DNA of 64,000 bases. Source: Octopus bimaculoides. Taxonomy: Eukaryota. The translations under genes were made by a program, and so were the position numbers. Below are positions 49,027 to 60,784 of this stretch, one piece after another; the first letter of the stretch is position 1; every line of letters begins with the position of its first letter. The notes under the pieces were generated by a model, which was not told the DNA's origin, made no database searches, and saw nothing but the letters and a program-made list of their open reading frames with translations. Location: assembly GCF_001194135.2 (NCBI RefSeq), contig NC_069005.1, forward strand, positions 30,212,486 to 30,276,485, read 5' to 3'.

Positions 49027-49314
49027 GTGTAGCTCTCTGAACTCACACTCACAATTCTCTCGAGCTCTTTCTGTCTCTCTCTCTCACTGAAGTGATCTCA
49101 AAGGAGAGTGAGATCACTCGATCCATGAGTGAAGCTGCTTGTCTGTCTGTCTGTCTCTCTCTCTCAAGGAAAAAATGCAGACTTCCTATCAGCGAGTGTA
49201 GCTTTTTCTTTTCTTTCCTTCAAAACTGAAACCTTCATTAAGTGCAACAGTCTCTATTAAGAGCTCCCCTTCCTCAAGGAATACTGCGAGAGACAACTGT
49301 ATCAAAATATCCCT

Positions 49315-49835
49315 CAATCTACTGTCTGTCTGTTTGTCTATCTTTCTTTTTCCCTTTCTTTCTTTCTCCTTTTGTTTGTTTGTTTCTTTCTATCTGTCTG
49401 TCGCTCTCTCTCTTTTTCTTTCTTTCTCTCCTCATTTCTCCTTTTCTTCTTTTCTCCTTTTGTTTCTTTCTGTCTGTCTATCTATCTTTCTTTTTCCCTT
49501 TCTTTCTCTCTTTCTCCTTGTGTTTGTGTGTTTGTTTCTTTGTTTCTGTCTGCTGTATCTCTCTCTCTATCTTTCTTTTTTCCTTTCTCCTTTTGTTTGT
49601 TTCTTTGTTTGTTTGTTTCTTTCTGTTGCTCTCTTTCCCTCCTTATTTCTCCTTTTCTTTCTTTCTTCTTTTGTTTGTTTGTTTGTTTGTTTCTTTCTTT
49701 CTGTCTGTCTCTCTGTTACACACACACACTCTCTCTCTCTCTCTCTTTCTTTCTGTCTGTCTATTTCTCTCTCTCTCTCTCTTTCTATCTCTCCTTTTGT
49801 TTCTTCTTGTCTGTCTCTGTTTTTCTCTCTCTCTC
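49315..49835. repeat. Pyrimidine-rich low-complexity tract ((CT)n, (TTTC)n, (TTTG)n)
   Basis: Almost purine-free on the + strand; explains the ORFs at 49242-49873. Confidence 0.9.
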
Positions 49836-50048
49836 TACTTACATTAAAATCTGAAAGCTACCCTTTTCCGTAAGTGCAGCTCCCTCTTATAAAATTTCAG
49901 TACTACACTAATGAGTGATGCTCAGATATCAAGGAGTGCAGCTGTAAAGCTCCACTCAAATGTCAGCAGCAGACGACACATTGAGGGAAGGAGCCATCTT
50001 GTCACTCTCTCTATTCAAGGACAGAGGACTCAAACCAAACCTTCAGTG

Positions 50049-50520
50049 GGAGTGCAGTTGTATAGCTTCACTCAAGTGACAACTACAGACTATCTGTGAG
50101 TGCAACTGTCAATCCACACTTGAATAACAACTGTAAACTCAAAGAGTGCAGCTGTATATCTCAAATCAAATGACAACAGAGACTACTAGTGAGTGTAGCT
50201 GTTCATCTCTACTCAAATGATAACAGAAGACCCAGTGAGTGCAACTGTAAGTCTCCACTCAAGTGACAACAACAGTGTCAGTGAGTGCAGCTGTCAGTCT
50301 CCACTCAAGTGACAGCAGTAGACTGTCTGAGTGAATCTGTAAGTTTGCACTCAAGTGACAACAGTCGACTTGAGTGTAATTGTACGTCTCCACGCAAGTG
50401 ACAGCAATAGACTCAGTGAGTGCAACTATCAGTCTGCACTCAAATGAGAACAGCAGACCGTCAGTGAGTGGAACTTTCAGTCTCCACTCAAGTGACAACA
50501 ACAGACCCAGTGAGTGCAAC
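50049..50520. repeat. Tandem array of ~11 units, 43-48-bp period, each containing TGAGTG-N14-CACTCA
   Basis: GAGTG-motif units start near 50049, 50097, 50143, 50190, 50236, 50282, 50328, 50371, 50417, 50465 and 50511 (partial). A detached unit lies at ~49933. Confidence 0.9.
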
Positions 50521-51169
50521 TATATCTAATGAAGACATTATTGTGAAACCATTAAGAAAATAATTGTTTAAATTTGTAAAAGTCATCTTTTGATGATTTT
50601 AAAATCTGTGATTCAAAGGAAATTGAATTGTTTTTTGTGTTTGTTTGTTTTTGATATTAAATTGTTTTGATTACATGGTGGTCCTGTCATAAATGGGAGA
50701 AGGGGGCCCTGCAACTCCTGGCTGAGTAACCCACTTTGCCTTTCATCCTTTCGGGGGTTGATAAATTAAGTACCAGGTTTGTCCCCTCTATGTTTAGCCC
50801 CCTTGTGAGCAATAAAGAAATAAGAAATCTATGTTAGGTGGGTCATGCACACAGGATGGGCACTAACAGACTCTCCAGACAACTTCTTTAATTCCAAGGG
50901 GAAAAGAAACCATGGAAGACCTAGACTGAGATTCAAAGACATTGCAAGAAGGAATATGAAGTGGGAAGGAATTGACTATAATAAATGGTAAACCCAAGTT
51001 GAAGTGAATCTAACGGATTTTGTGTGTTATTTTAAATGGCTTATAAACACCTTCCACGCTGCAATTGTTTTCGTTCCAGCACATGATCTCAGATCAGGTC
51101 ACTTGCTATGCAAGTGCATCTCCGTAATATATATATATATATTGGCCCAGGCCAAGTCTGTTTAGTCAT

Positions 51170-51520
51170 TTTTCAGTCTAGTTTTGTGGTATCATGGCCC
51201 ATTCATGTAGGGAGTTGTTGAGTGAGATATATCCAGGTTTAGGTTGCTTATCTGGTGTCCCTTGAAGAAGTTTGTCCAGATATCGTTGGAAGGTGATGGG
51301 ATCTTTTTCTTTGATTTGTTTTTGGGATAATGTTAAATAGAGCAGGGCCTGTTGAAGGAAAAGAAATCGTTTGCTGTGAATGTATGTGTTGTGAGCCTGA
51401 ATTGAGTAGAGTAGCACAGAGTCCCGGCCTTGGATAAACTCTGAATCTAGGAGATTCTATACCTTTTTTGTACATGTAAACCTTCGTAACCCTTATCCTG
51501 TAATGAAACACATGTAACAT
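51170..51520 (-). mobile_element. LINE (CR1/L2-group-like) ORF2 3' remnant
   Basis: Frameshifted STGPALFNIIPK / IKEKDPITFQRYLDKLLQGTPDKQPKPGYISLNNSLHEW, the typical GPxLFNxLP...FKxxLDxxL...PDxP..PGY...NSL C-terminus. Confidence 0.75.
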
Positions 51521-51924
51521 GGAATTAAAAATACAATCCTCTTCTGTTTTGATATGTAATTACTCAAAAAATACATGTCGCTAAACTCAACTTATTGAAC
51601 GAAACCAAAGTTACTTTTCACCAGTTGGTTAAAAAAAAAAAAATGAATTCATTGGAAATTTTACGGCGACGTTTCGCAGTAAACACGCACAATTGGTGGA
51701 ACTTACGAAGCCATGGGTTATATCTGGGAAGGGACATAACCCTCATAGTATATTTTCAAAGGGAAGTAACTCTATTTTCACGCAATACCTTTTCAAATTT
51801 CAACAATAAATATCTTTTACTGTTTTTTTTTTTTAACTTATTTCAGTCATTGGCCAAGCTGGGGCGCTGCCATGAAAGGGTTATTACTATTTTTTTTATT
51901 TCTCTTCTAAGGCAGATCAAATGG

Positions 51925-52810
51925 TGACACAAGAATGAAAAGACGTGTAATCATTGTTGTCGTGTGTGAAACGTAGCAGTTTAGAAATTGCCAACTTTCT
52001 ACAGATTTTTAAAAATTCAAAATATGAAAAGGAATATAATTTAAAAAAGAAAACAAAAGAAAAAAGGGAGATAGAAGAAAATGTTGCAAGATATACTGTA
52101 CAGAATCTTCGGACGAAATTTGAAACCTCTCACAGGAATGTTTCAACTGCACCAAGAAGAAAAATGTATTCTAAATGTTCGGACACGACACTTCATCCAA
52201 CGGGTTCGAATCATTATCGATGGTGATCCTAGAGTGAGGAATGGACTATCAGAACTGTGGTGCATGAGGACATTCGATACAAGATGGATTTATTAGGGAG
52301 GGGCAAATTCATGCCTACAAAGATGCAGGAGAACCATTCGATCCGTTCCAAGTGGTTCCTTAGTTAGATTAAAACTCTTGCCAACATAGCAGGCTTTGAT
52401 TAGAAAAAAAACTTCGACCAAAACCAAAAGTGTAAAAGGAAAAGTGACGGACGATTATTTGCATGGAGTATTTGAATGGCGACAGCTGAGTTGTTTCCTT
52501 CTTCGAGTCAGTCCCCTGCTTAAGGTAAGAAACACTTTCTTTCCGTCCTTCATACTAACACATTAAATTTCCAGCAACTGTATTAGTTTTATGAATGGTC
52601 AATAACGAAGGTCGTGTCATGTCCCCCTCACATCTTTCCAAATGGTCTTAGAATTAATGTTTCTGGTTATGTCAAAGCGCTGGAGACAGTTGTGAAACTC
52701 TGGGCTAGTGAAGTACGCAGTGGAAGGTCGCAGGTATTTCAGCGCGGCTCAGTACCTTCTCTCAAAGCCCTCGTAAACACTAGAATGGATGTCGGGCAAT
52801 TTTTACGATT
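51925..52810 (+). pseudogene. Decayed Tc1/mariner-superfamily transposase
   Basis: Fragments across frameshifts and stops: SLEIANFLQI, FIQRVRIIIDGDP, VHEDIRYK, GQFM, KNFDQNQK, KFPATVLVL*MVNNEG, PPHIFPNGLRINVSGYVKALETVVKLW, QVFQRGSVPSLKA. Confidence 0.85.
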
Positions 52811-52995
52811 ATGTACTGCCAAACTAGCTAGAGTATATACAAGCACAGACATGCTGATGTACACATAGGTACGTATAGGGACGTGCACTCACATATATCT
52901 TGGCACAAATACACGCATATTTACGCAGGCATATACACAAACATACAAACACGTGCATGTATACACAAAAACTTGAATATGCAGATACATATATG

Positions 52996-53233
52996 GGTAA
53001 TCTTCAAGTTTAGGGGGATAAAAAATAAAAAAATTCAAGGGAAGTAACTGAACGTCTTACCAGTATTCTCCGTACATCTCTGTTTATAAATAAATCACAC
53101 ACGTGATTTGATTGACGTTAGGGTTAGGGTGTGATTTATTTATAAACAGCTAGAAGAAAACGGATAATACTGGTAAGTCGTTCAGTTATTTCCCTTGAAT
53201 ATTTTTTTTATCCCCCTAAACTTGAAGATTACC
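52996..53233. mobile_element. MITE with ~105-bp TIRs and central (TTAGGG)2
   Basis: GGTAATCTTCAAGTTTAGGGGGATAAAA...AAATCACAC / GTGTGATTT...TTTTATCCCCCTAAACTTGAAGATTACC; TTAGGGTTAGGG at 53118-53129. Confidence 0.85.
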
Positions 53234-54874
53234 ACATATATGTACACACATGAATGAACATATACATCCACGAAGGTGGACGCAGAATCGTAGATTCTAA
53301 ACATATACAAAGAAATATAAAACCATATAGACACACAAATGCAGGTACATACATACAAATGCAGACAAACCTATGTAGGCACATACACATATAGTTGTAT
53401 ACACACAAACATGTAGACACATGCTGATACATGTAGGCACGCACATGCAAGTGCACACAGACATCTAATCACGTGCAGGTGCATACAGATATGTAGGCGC
53501 ATACAAACACATGTGGGGATGCATACATGCAAATACATACAAACATCTAGGCTCATATATGTAAATGTACGTCAACATGTAAGGCACATACGCACATTTA
53601 CATGCAAGCACATGAATGCATATGTACAACTGAACACAAACATGTGTAGGCATCCATAAATGCCAGTGTATACAAACATGTAGCCACATATACAAAATGC
53701 ACATAAACATACATCAAGCGAATGTTGTAACTGACCACTTGTTCAATAAGTTGCCACTGGACAATTGACAGAATTCAACATACCCATGCTTGGTGGAGGT
53801 AAAGAATACACACACCACCCGTTTTCAGCATAACCATAACACTAACTGCCAAAAACGGGTGGTGTGGGTGTTCTTTATTTTCGCCCCCATGCTTATGGTA
53901 TTGAATGCTAGGCTGTGCCAGCATTTTGTTTGCCGCACAAAAGATTTTGCCAGCTTGCTGCTGTTATTCTGTCTCTCGTTAAATAAACGAAGGACGTAAA
54001 AGGACATGTGGCCGAGTGGTTACAGTATTTGGCTCACAGTCGTATGGTCATGGGTTCAATACCTGGCAGCAGGTTGTGTCCTCGAGCAAGACACTTTATT
54101 TCACATTGCTCCAGTCTACTCAGCTGACAACTTATGAACTGGCATACAGTTTTAGATTTTAGCCTATCNNNNNNNNNNNNNNNNNNNNNNNNNNNNNNNN
54201 NNNNNNNNNNNNNNNNNNNNNNNNNNNNNNNNNNNNNNNNNNNNNNNNNNNNNNNNNNNNNNNNNNNNNNNNNNNNNNNNNNNNNNNNNNNNNNNNNNNN
54301 NNNNNNNNNNNNNNNNNNNNNNNNNNNNNNNNNNNNNNNNNNNNNNNNNNNNNNNNNNNNNNNNNNNNNNNNNNNNNNNNNNNNNNNNNNNNNNNNNNNN
54401 NNNNNNNNNNNNNNNNNNNNNNNNNNNNNNNNNNNNNNNNNNNNNNNNNNNNNNNNNNNNNNNNNNNNNNNNNNNNNNNNNNNNNNNNNNNNNNNNNNNN
54501 NNNNNNNNNNNNNNNNNNNNNNNNNNNNNNNNNNNNNNNNNNNNNNNNNNNNNNNNNNNNNNNNNNNNNNNNNNNNNNNNNNNNNNNNNNNNNNNNNNNN
54601 NNNNNNNNNNNNNNNNNNNNNNNNNNNNNNNNNNNNNNNNNNNNNNNNNNNNNNNNNNNNNNNNNNNNNNNNNNNNNNNNNNNNNNNNNNNNNNNNNNNN
54701 NNNNNNNNNNNNNNNNNNNNNNNNNNNNNNNNNNNNNNNNNNNNNNNNNNNNNNNNNNNNNNNNNNNNNNNNNNNNNNNNNNNNNNNNNNNNNNNNNNNN
54801 NNNNNNNNNNNNNNNNNNNNNNNNNNNNNNNNNNNNNNNNNNNNNATATATATGTGTGTGTGTGTGTTTCTTAT

Positions 54875-55072
54875 ACTAGAATGTTGTTGACAGTGACTTC
54901 GAAGTTTTGGCCAGCTAAGCCATCAACAGACTGCTGGTCAAAACTTCAAAGTCATTGTCAACAACATTCTTGTTTTAAGAGTAATAAATTTGTACTCAAC
55001 AAAAGTACGGAGTAACCCCCTCAGATTAATGTGAAATTGTTTTTTATGTTCAGTTATGATAAAAACTAACAT

Positions 55073-55075
<3 letters not shown>
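54875..55075 (-). repeat. Family P repeat with hairpin
   Basis: Reverse complement aligns with 14905-15150. Confidence 0.7.
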
Positions 55076-55113
<38 letters not shown>

Positions 55114-56003
55114 GTAAGCAAATAAGTGCAAAACAAGGTGAAAAAAAATAGTACTCAAATACCTAAGGTAGAGTAATATAATTTAATAAAATTATATGTG
55201 TGTGTTTGTCATATGTAGATAATTTGCATATTCAGTTGTAAATGGTTTGTGTAATCATGAAATAACAATCCTGTTTACCTTCAGTATGAGACATCATATA
55301 TACACCACTCTCTACATACTGCTAACACCGGTTTTTACTGAACATCACATGCATACACACACACATGCACACAAATGCAGAAAGATAACATGAGGGGGTA
55401 AGTGCTACAGTTTAGGTGTAAAGAACCCGGACATTTCCTGGAAGTAATTATAATGCTTGGCACTGCTGCAGGAGTGATTGCTGTCAGAAGGTGCCGGAAC
55501 AACATTGATGTTTCCAATCAGCATCTGATGAAGAAAACATCCTACAGGGCAAGCTCGATGTTAAAACCTTTATCATCTCTGTGCTGACCAGACTCCCAGT
55601 TGTTACACGTCGCTGGCCGGTCATGATGTACTTCCTTTGCATTGATGCAGCTTTTGAATGACACCCCACTCTGCCGCTTTAGGCAGGAAGGCCAGTCTGT
55701 CACAGTCTGTCACAGAGGGTCCCCATTTACAGTTGAGTGCACTGGAGCAGTGTAGAATGAAGGGTCTTGTTCAAGAACACAGTGCACCACCAATCGGGGA
55801 ATTGAAATCACAACTTTTGCTTATGAGCACAATACCTTAATTACAAGGCTATACACACACACACACACATGTACATACACACATGCTACATAAATTCTGA
55901 AGAATTTTCCAGCATGTAATTCAAACTGACACATCACTTGTTCTGTATTTTGAAATTTCTAAACATTTCTCCTTCGGTTGATCTTTATTATTTCGAGGTT
56001 TAA

Positions 56004-56206
56004 CCCTTTAGCATTTAAGCCAGCCATATCCAGTCCGAATATTCTCTGTTTTACGTTTTGAACCAGTTAGATCTGGCCTCTCACAGCTATCCAACATTGC
56101 CACTCTAAAAACAGTCAATCAATCACATTAAAATCTCAAAGCTATATGATAATGCTTTGGTAATTCAAATCAAAGCATTACTTCTGATAATCCGGATACT
56201 GAAGGA
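56004..56206 (-). mobile_element. piggyBac-type MITE
   Basis: TTAA|CCCTTTAGCATT...GAAGGA|TTAA, with TTAA on both sides (56000-03, 56207-10). Confidence 0.75.
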
Positions 56207-57369
56207 TTAACCTTAATCATTAAAGAGCACATTTCATATTTTGTATATGTGTCTGTCTGTCTGTCATCTAACAACGAGACTCTAAACTTCTATCGTTGAC
56301 ACAATACCATGTTATCTAGTCTTTTAGCAATGGTCTGAGATACCTTAGACATCAGTTTGTTTAGGCATACTTTGCTATATGCATACGTATACACACTGGA
56401 TCATAACTATTATACACCATACATTTAAGAATAAAATGATTTAAATCGATTCCTTTCATCATACGCTAATTATAGAGTTAAGAATGAACAAATAGAGATA
56501 AAAGAAATTTAAAAAATGAAAACCGAGAGGGGTGAGTCCCCTTGGGTGGAAATATGTCTGTGACAAAACAGAGGTGAATATAAAGTGGAAAAATGTTTTT
56601 ATTAGAGGTTAGATGCAAAAACAAGAACAAAATAACAAAAAAAAAGTAACAAAAAAAACCCAACAACAATAGAATATAACACAAAAAAACACTCCTTCCT
56701 CCCCACAGAAAACAAAAGATTGTCACTCACAGCTTGCTTTAGTTGTTTTAAACCCTAGTAAAAACCTGATTTTTTTTTTCCCTTTCCTTTTTTAACCTCC
56801 ATTTTATGAAAGATAAAATTATCATGTACATATATATATATATATATATATTTATGTATATACATGTGTGTGTATATATATATATGTATATATACATACA
56901 TATACACACATATATATACATGTGTGTGTGTGTGTATATATATATATGAAACAAGTTTTTCTCTTCTTCAATTTTTATATTTGAAAAAATATAAATTAAA
57001 CAACAACAGTAAGACATTTGTGAGTGTTTAATTCGTTAGGGACCCAGAAACGTTCAACCCCCCCCAAAAACATAAATGGGTTTGTTTTTGTTTTTTTTTG
57101 GTTTTTCTTTACAACTTTAATGTTAATAATAATAACAACAATAACAAGAATCAACAAGAAACCCCCTAATTACAAAATGAAAAGTACAAACTCATTGAAG
57201 GATTTAGGGGATTAATAAAATCCAGAAAACACAAGGTATTAAAAATAAAAAAAAAAAAGATCATGAAAGAATTAGTGGGCAAGTTGATTAAGAAATGAAA
57301 TTTTAATGACTTTTCTTAATTAGGTGCCTACCAAGATGATAATTTGGTTGTTTTATACCATTGGCACAG

Positions 57370-58950
57370 GGAAGACCCCAAAATTTTTGTAATAGCTGAT
57401 TAAATCAACCCTGGTATATGACAGGTATTTTATCGACTCCTGAAAGAATGAAAGGCAATGCCAACTGTAGCAGGATTTAAACTCAGAGTGTAAATAAAGA
57501 AGGGATGTCAGTAAATACCACAAGGCATTTTTGTCTGATGCTCTACCAACTACCAATAATAATAATTTTGAATTTTCCACAAGGGGGCACAGATGTTTAA
57601 AGAAGAGGGGCGGTCGACATACTTGAGTATATTGACTGCCCCAGCTTGGGAATTAAGTAAAGAAGGGATTTAACTAAACACCACCAGGTATATTGTCCAA
57701 TGCTCAACCAATCAACTACCCTGTCAATAATGATTTCAAATTTTGCCAACCCCAGTATTTCACTGGTACTTATTTTGTTGACCCCCCCCAAAAGGATGTA
57801 AGTCAGTCGTGCAAACGATTCTGCTAGCTCGCTGCCTTTACCCTGTCACTAACGATAATTGTTTATAATAGAGGCACAAAGCCACAAATGTGAGGAGATG
57901 CATTATTAGTCAAATAAATTGACCCCAGGACATGGCTGGTACAAAATGTTATTGGCTCCAGAAGGACAAATGGCAAAATAGTCGTTGGTGAGATTTGAAA
58001 TTAGGGATTTTAAGAAATCAGAACTGACCACTGCAAGGTATTTCATCTGATGCCCTAATGAGTCTCCCAAACCATTGTCCTTATAATCTTTTCTACGACA
58101 GGGACTACTCCCACTCCTTGCTGAGTGGGAGTACCTGTTGATTACTGTGGGTCAAGGGTCAATGCAATCTACTACTCCCACTCAGCAAGGAGTGGGAGTA
58201 GTAGATTGCATTGACCCTTGACCCACAGTAATCAACAGGTACCTGTTTCACTGGCCCTGAAAAGATGAAAGGCAAAGTTGACCTGAGCAGAATTTGAACT
58301 CAGAACATACGGCTGGAAGAAATGCTTGCTAACCATTCTGCCAGCTCGCTGCCTTAATAATGATGATAATAATAATAATAATAATCCTTTCTACTATAGG
58401 CACAAGGCCTGAAATTTTGGGGCATGGGAGCTAGTCTATTACATCAACTCCAGTACCTCAGTGGTACTTATTTTATCAACCCCGAAAGGCTGAAAGGCAA
58501 AGTCGACCGTGGCAGAATTTGAACTCAGAATGTGAAGACAGATGAAAGCATTTTTCCCCAGTGTGCTAATGATTCTGCAAGTTCACCACCTCAGTAATAA
58601 CCCTTTCTATTATTGGTGCCAGGGGTCGGGGTTATCGATCACATTGGCCTCAGCACAGAACTGGTATTTTATTTTGCCATCCCTGGAGAGATGAAAGACA
58701 AAGTTGAATATAAAGAGCTGGAACAAATATACCCCAGGGCATTTTTTTTTTTTTAATACAAGCGATTCTGTCAGTCCACCACCTTTGTATATAATAATAG
58801 TAATAATAATGGTTTCAAATTTTGGCACAAAGCCAGCAAGTTCTGGGGAGAGAGTAAGTCGATTACATCAACCCAGTATGCAACTGGTACTTATTTCATC
58901 GACCCCCGAAAGGATGAAAGGCAAAGTCGACCTTGGCGGAATTTGAAATA
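57370..58950 (-). mobile_element. Cluster of at least 7 co-oriented SINE family D copies
   Basis: Repeated GACCCC.GAAAGGATGAAAGGCAAAGT.GACC...ATTTGAACTCAGAA blocks separated by (AAT)n, at different divergence levels. Confidence 0.85.
58106..58242. repeat. Inverted triplication with flip/flop hairpin
   Basis: Perfect 53-bp arms at 58131-58183 and 58190-58242. 58106-58133 is the exact reverse complement of 58173-58200. Confidence 0.9.
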
Positions 58951-59565
58951 ATAATTCTAATGGTTTCTTACAAAGGTATNNNNNNNNNNNNNNNGCCTCT
59001 TAGGGGCATCTGCAACCTAAATGAAGTAGATTAATACAAAAGAAGTGCTGAAGAATCTCGTGATGGTGGTGGTAGGGATTTAGCTAACCTTTACACTACA
59101 GTGCTTCTACAATAATAATAATGATAATAATAATAATAACAATAATAATAATGTCTCTACAGAGGCAAGAAGCCTTTAAGATATTTGGAGAAGAATAAAA
59201 AGATTATATACATTCATTGTAGAAAACTGTAAAAAAGTTTATTCATTTATTTATTTATTTATATTTGTGTGTGTATGTGAGTGTGTATATATATATTATT
59301 TATATCTCATGGTAGTCTTTTAAATATCAAACGAGGTACCATGAGATACGTTTACAGTGATAAGCTACCCAGCAATGTCCTTCCACCCCGTCTGTTTCTT
59401 TTACTTAATGCGATATTTATATTTAGGTAACTTCCACTTCCTCGTATTATCTGTATATGCAGCAGCTATATACATACATACATATATACATACACACACA
59501 CATATATATATATATATACATATATATATATTTATATATATGTATATATATATACATACATATAC

Positions 59566-59616
<51 letters not shown>

Positions 59617-60621
59617 CATGCATATATATATTGTTGATGTCATGAGAATTTAGAAACTTCAAGAATGTGAAACAATCCTTTTTAGGAACGGTGAATCTTG
59701 AAGCAGATGAAGCTATAAACAACAGTATGTAAATATTGGGTTAAAATGCTGACTTCATTCTAATATTTACACTCCATTATGCATATCTTTATTTGCTTCA
59801 AGATTCACCATTCCTAAAAAGAATCACACATATATTTGGAGAAAAGAAGTGTAGTCCCATGCGAGAAAGAGTATAATAGGAGAATTGGTTTCAGGGTTCG
59901 AAAATGTACCTGAATCTCAAAAAATGTTGTTTATAAATCTTGCAACAGATTTGCCAAAACATCAAACCGGCCTTGACAATCTCTTGCCGTGGGGAACGGA
60001 AGAATCCTGCATTTCGGACAGTCCTTAATCAGAGAAAAGTTGACAAGAATGAAATTAAAGAAAAACAGGAGAATTTTACATCCTCTAAGTTTGGTGTTTT
60101 GGTGAACCTGTTGCAAGGATTTAGGAACAAGTGCACGTTTGGACCCCAAAACAAATTCTCATACATACATACATATATATACATATATAGAGAGAGAAGC
60201 AAAGTTCTTAAGATTGGCTTTGAAAAGGAAACGAAACTTAAAATTTTTCAGCTTTTACACCTTTGCTGCAAAAATTCCATCATTAATTAATTCATTTCAG
60301 TTTTGTTGTTATACAGGGCTGCCCGTGGCCCTCTTAAATAGTCTTTACCTCTACCTAACTTAGAAAAAGCAGGTCCCAAAATTAATTCTTTTTTTTTTTC
60401 GCTTTTGTTTAATTAATAAGTTCCATAAGAGAATTTAGAAAATAAAATTATAATCCAGAAGATAATCTGATATGCCGCCCATCCAGTGATATGTTGTCTT
60501 GGAGTCTCTCCACACAGCTTGATGAGGAAATTGCTATCTACCCTCCTTTATGCATTGTGTAGAGGAGAAATGATAGGGTCACATGACTCAAAACACCAGT
60601 GTATGTGTATATATATATATA

Positions 60622-60784
60622 CCATATTTTAACGTGTATAAAGAACCCTTTTTTTGTCAAAAATTAGGTTAAAAAAATATGGGAGTTTTTTAAACATGGA
60701 TAGTATTATAATCCTTTACAGAACCTTTTTTCCAAATTTTAAGCCCCAAAAATTAGGGGGTTCCTTATACATGTTTAAATACGG
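60622..60784. mobile_element. Tc1/mariner (Tc2/pogo-like) MITE
   Basis: TA|CCATATTTTAACGTGTATAA...TTATACATGTTTAAATACGG|TG; fits the recalled TACCGTATTT...AAATACGGTA terminus type. Confidence 0.55.

Noticed and set aside
49242-49873. Three overlapping 160-201-aa hydrophobic ORFs
   Set aside because: Translation of a purine-poor (CT/TTTC/TTTG)n tract that cannot form stop codons.
50049-50520. CRISPR array or iron-responsive-element cluster
   Set aside because: Eukaryotic context, no cas genes, and whole units are homologous (no unique spacers). The CAGTGA hexamers lack the 5-bp upper stem and bulged C of an IRE.
55260-56770. Isolated minus-strand exon-like signals (YVESGVYMMSHTE|GTAAAC near 55278; AAGCT|GTGAGT near 56730)
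   Set aside because: No recognisable protein motif, weak acceptors, and no phase-consistent chain could be built.
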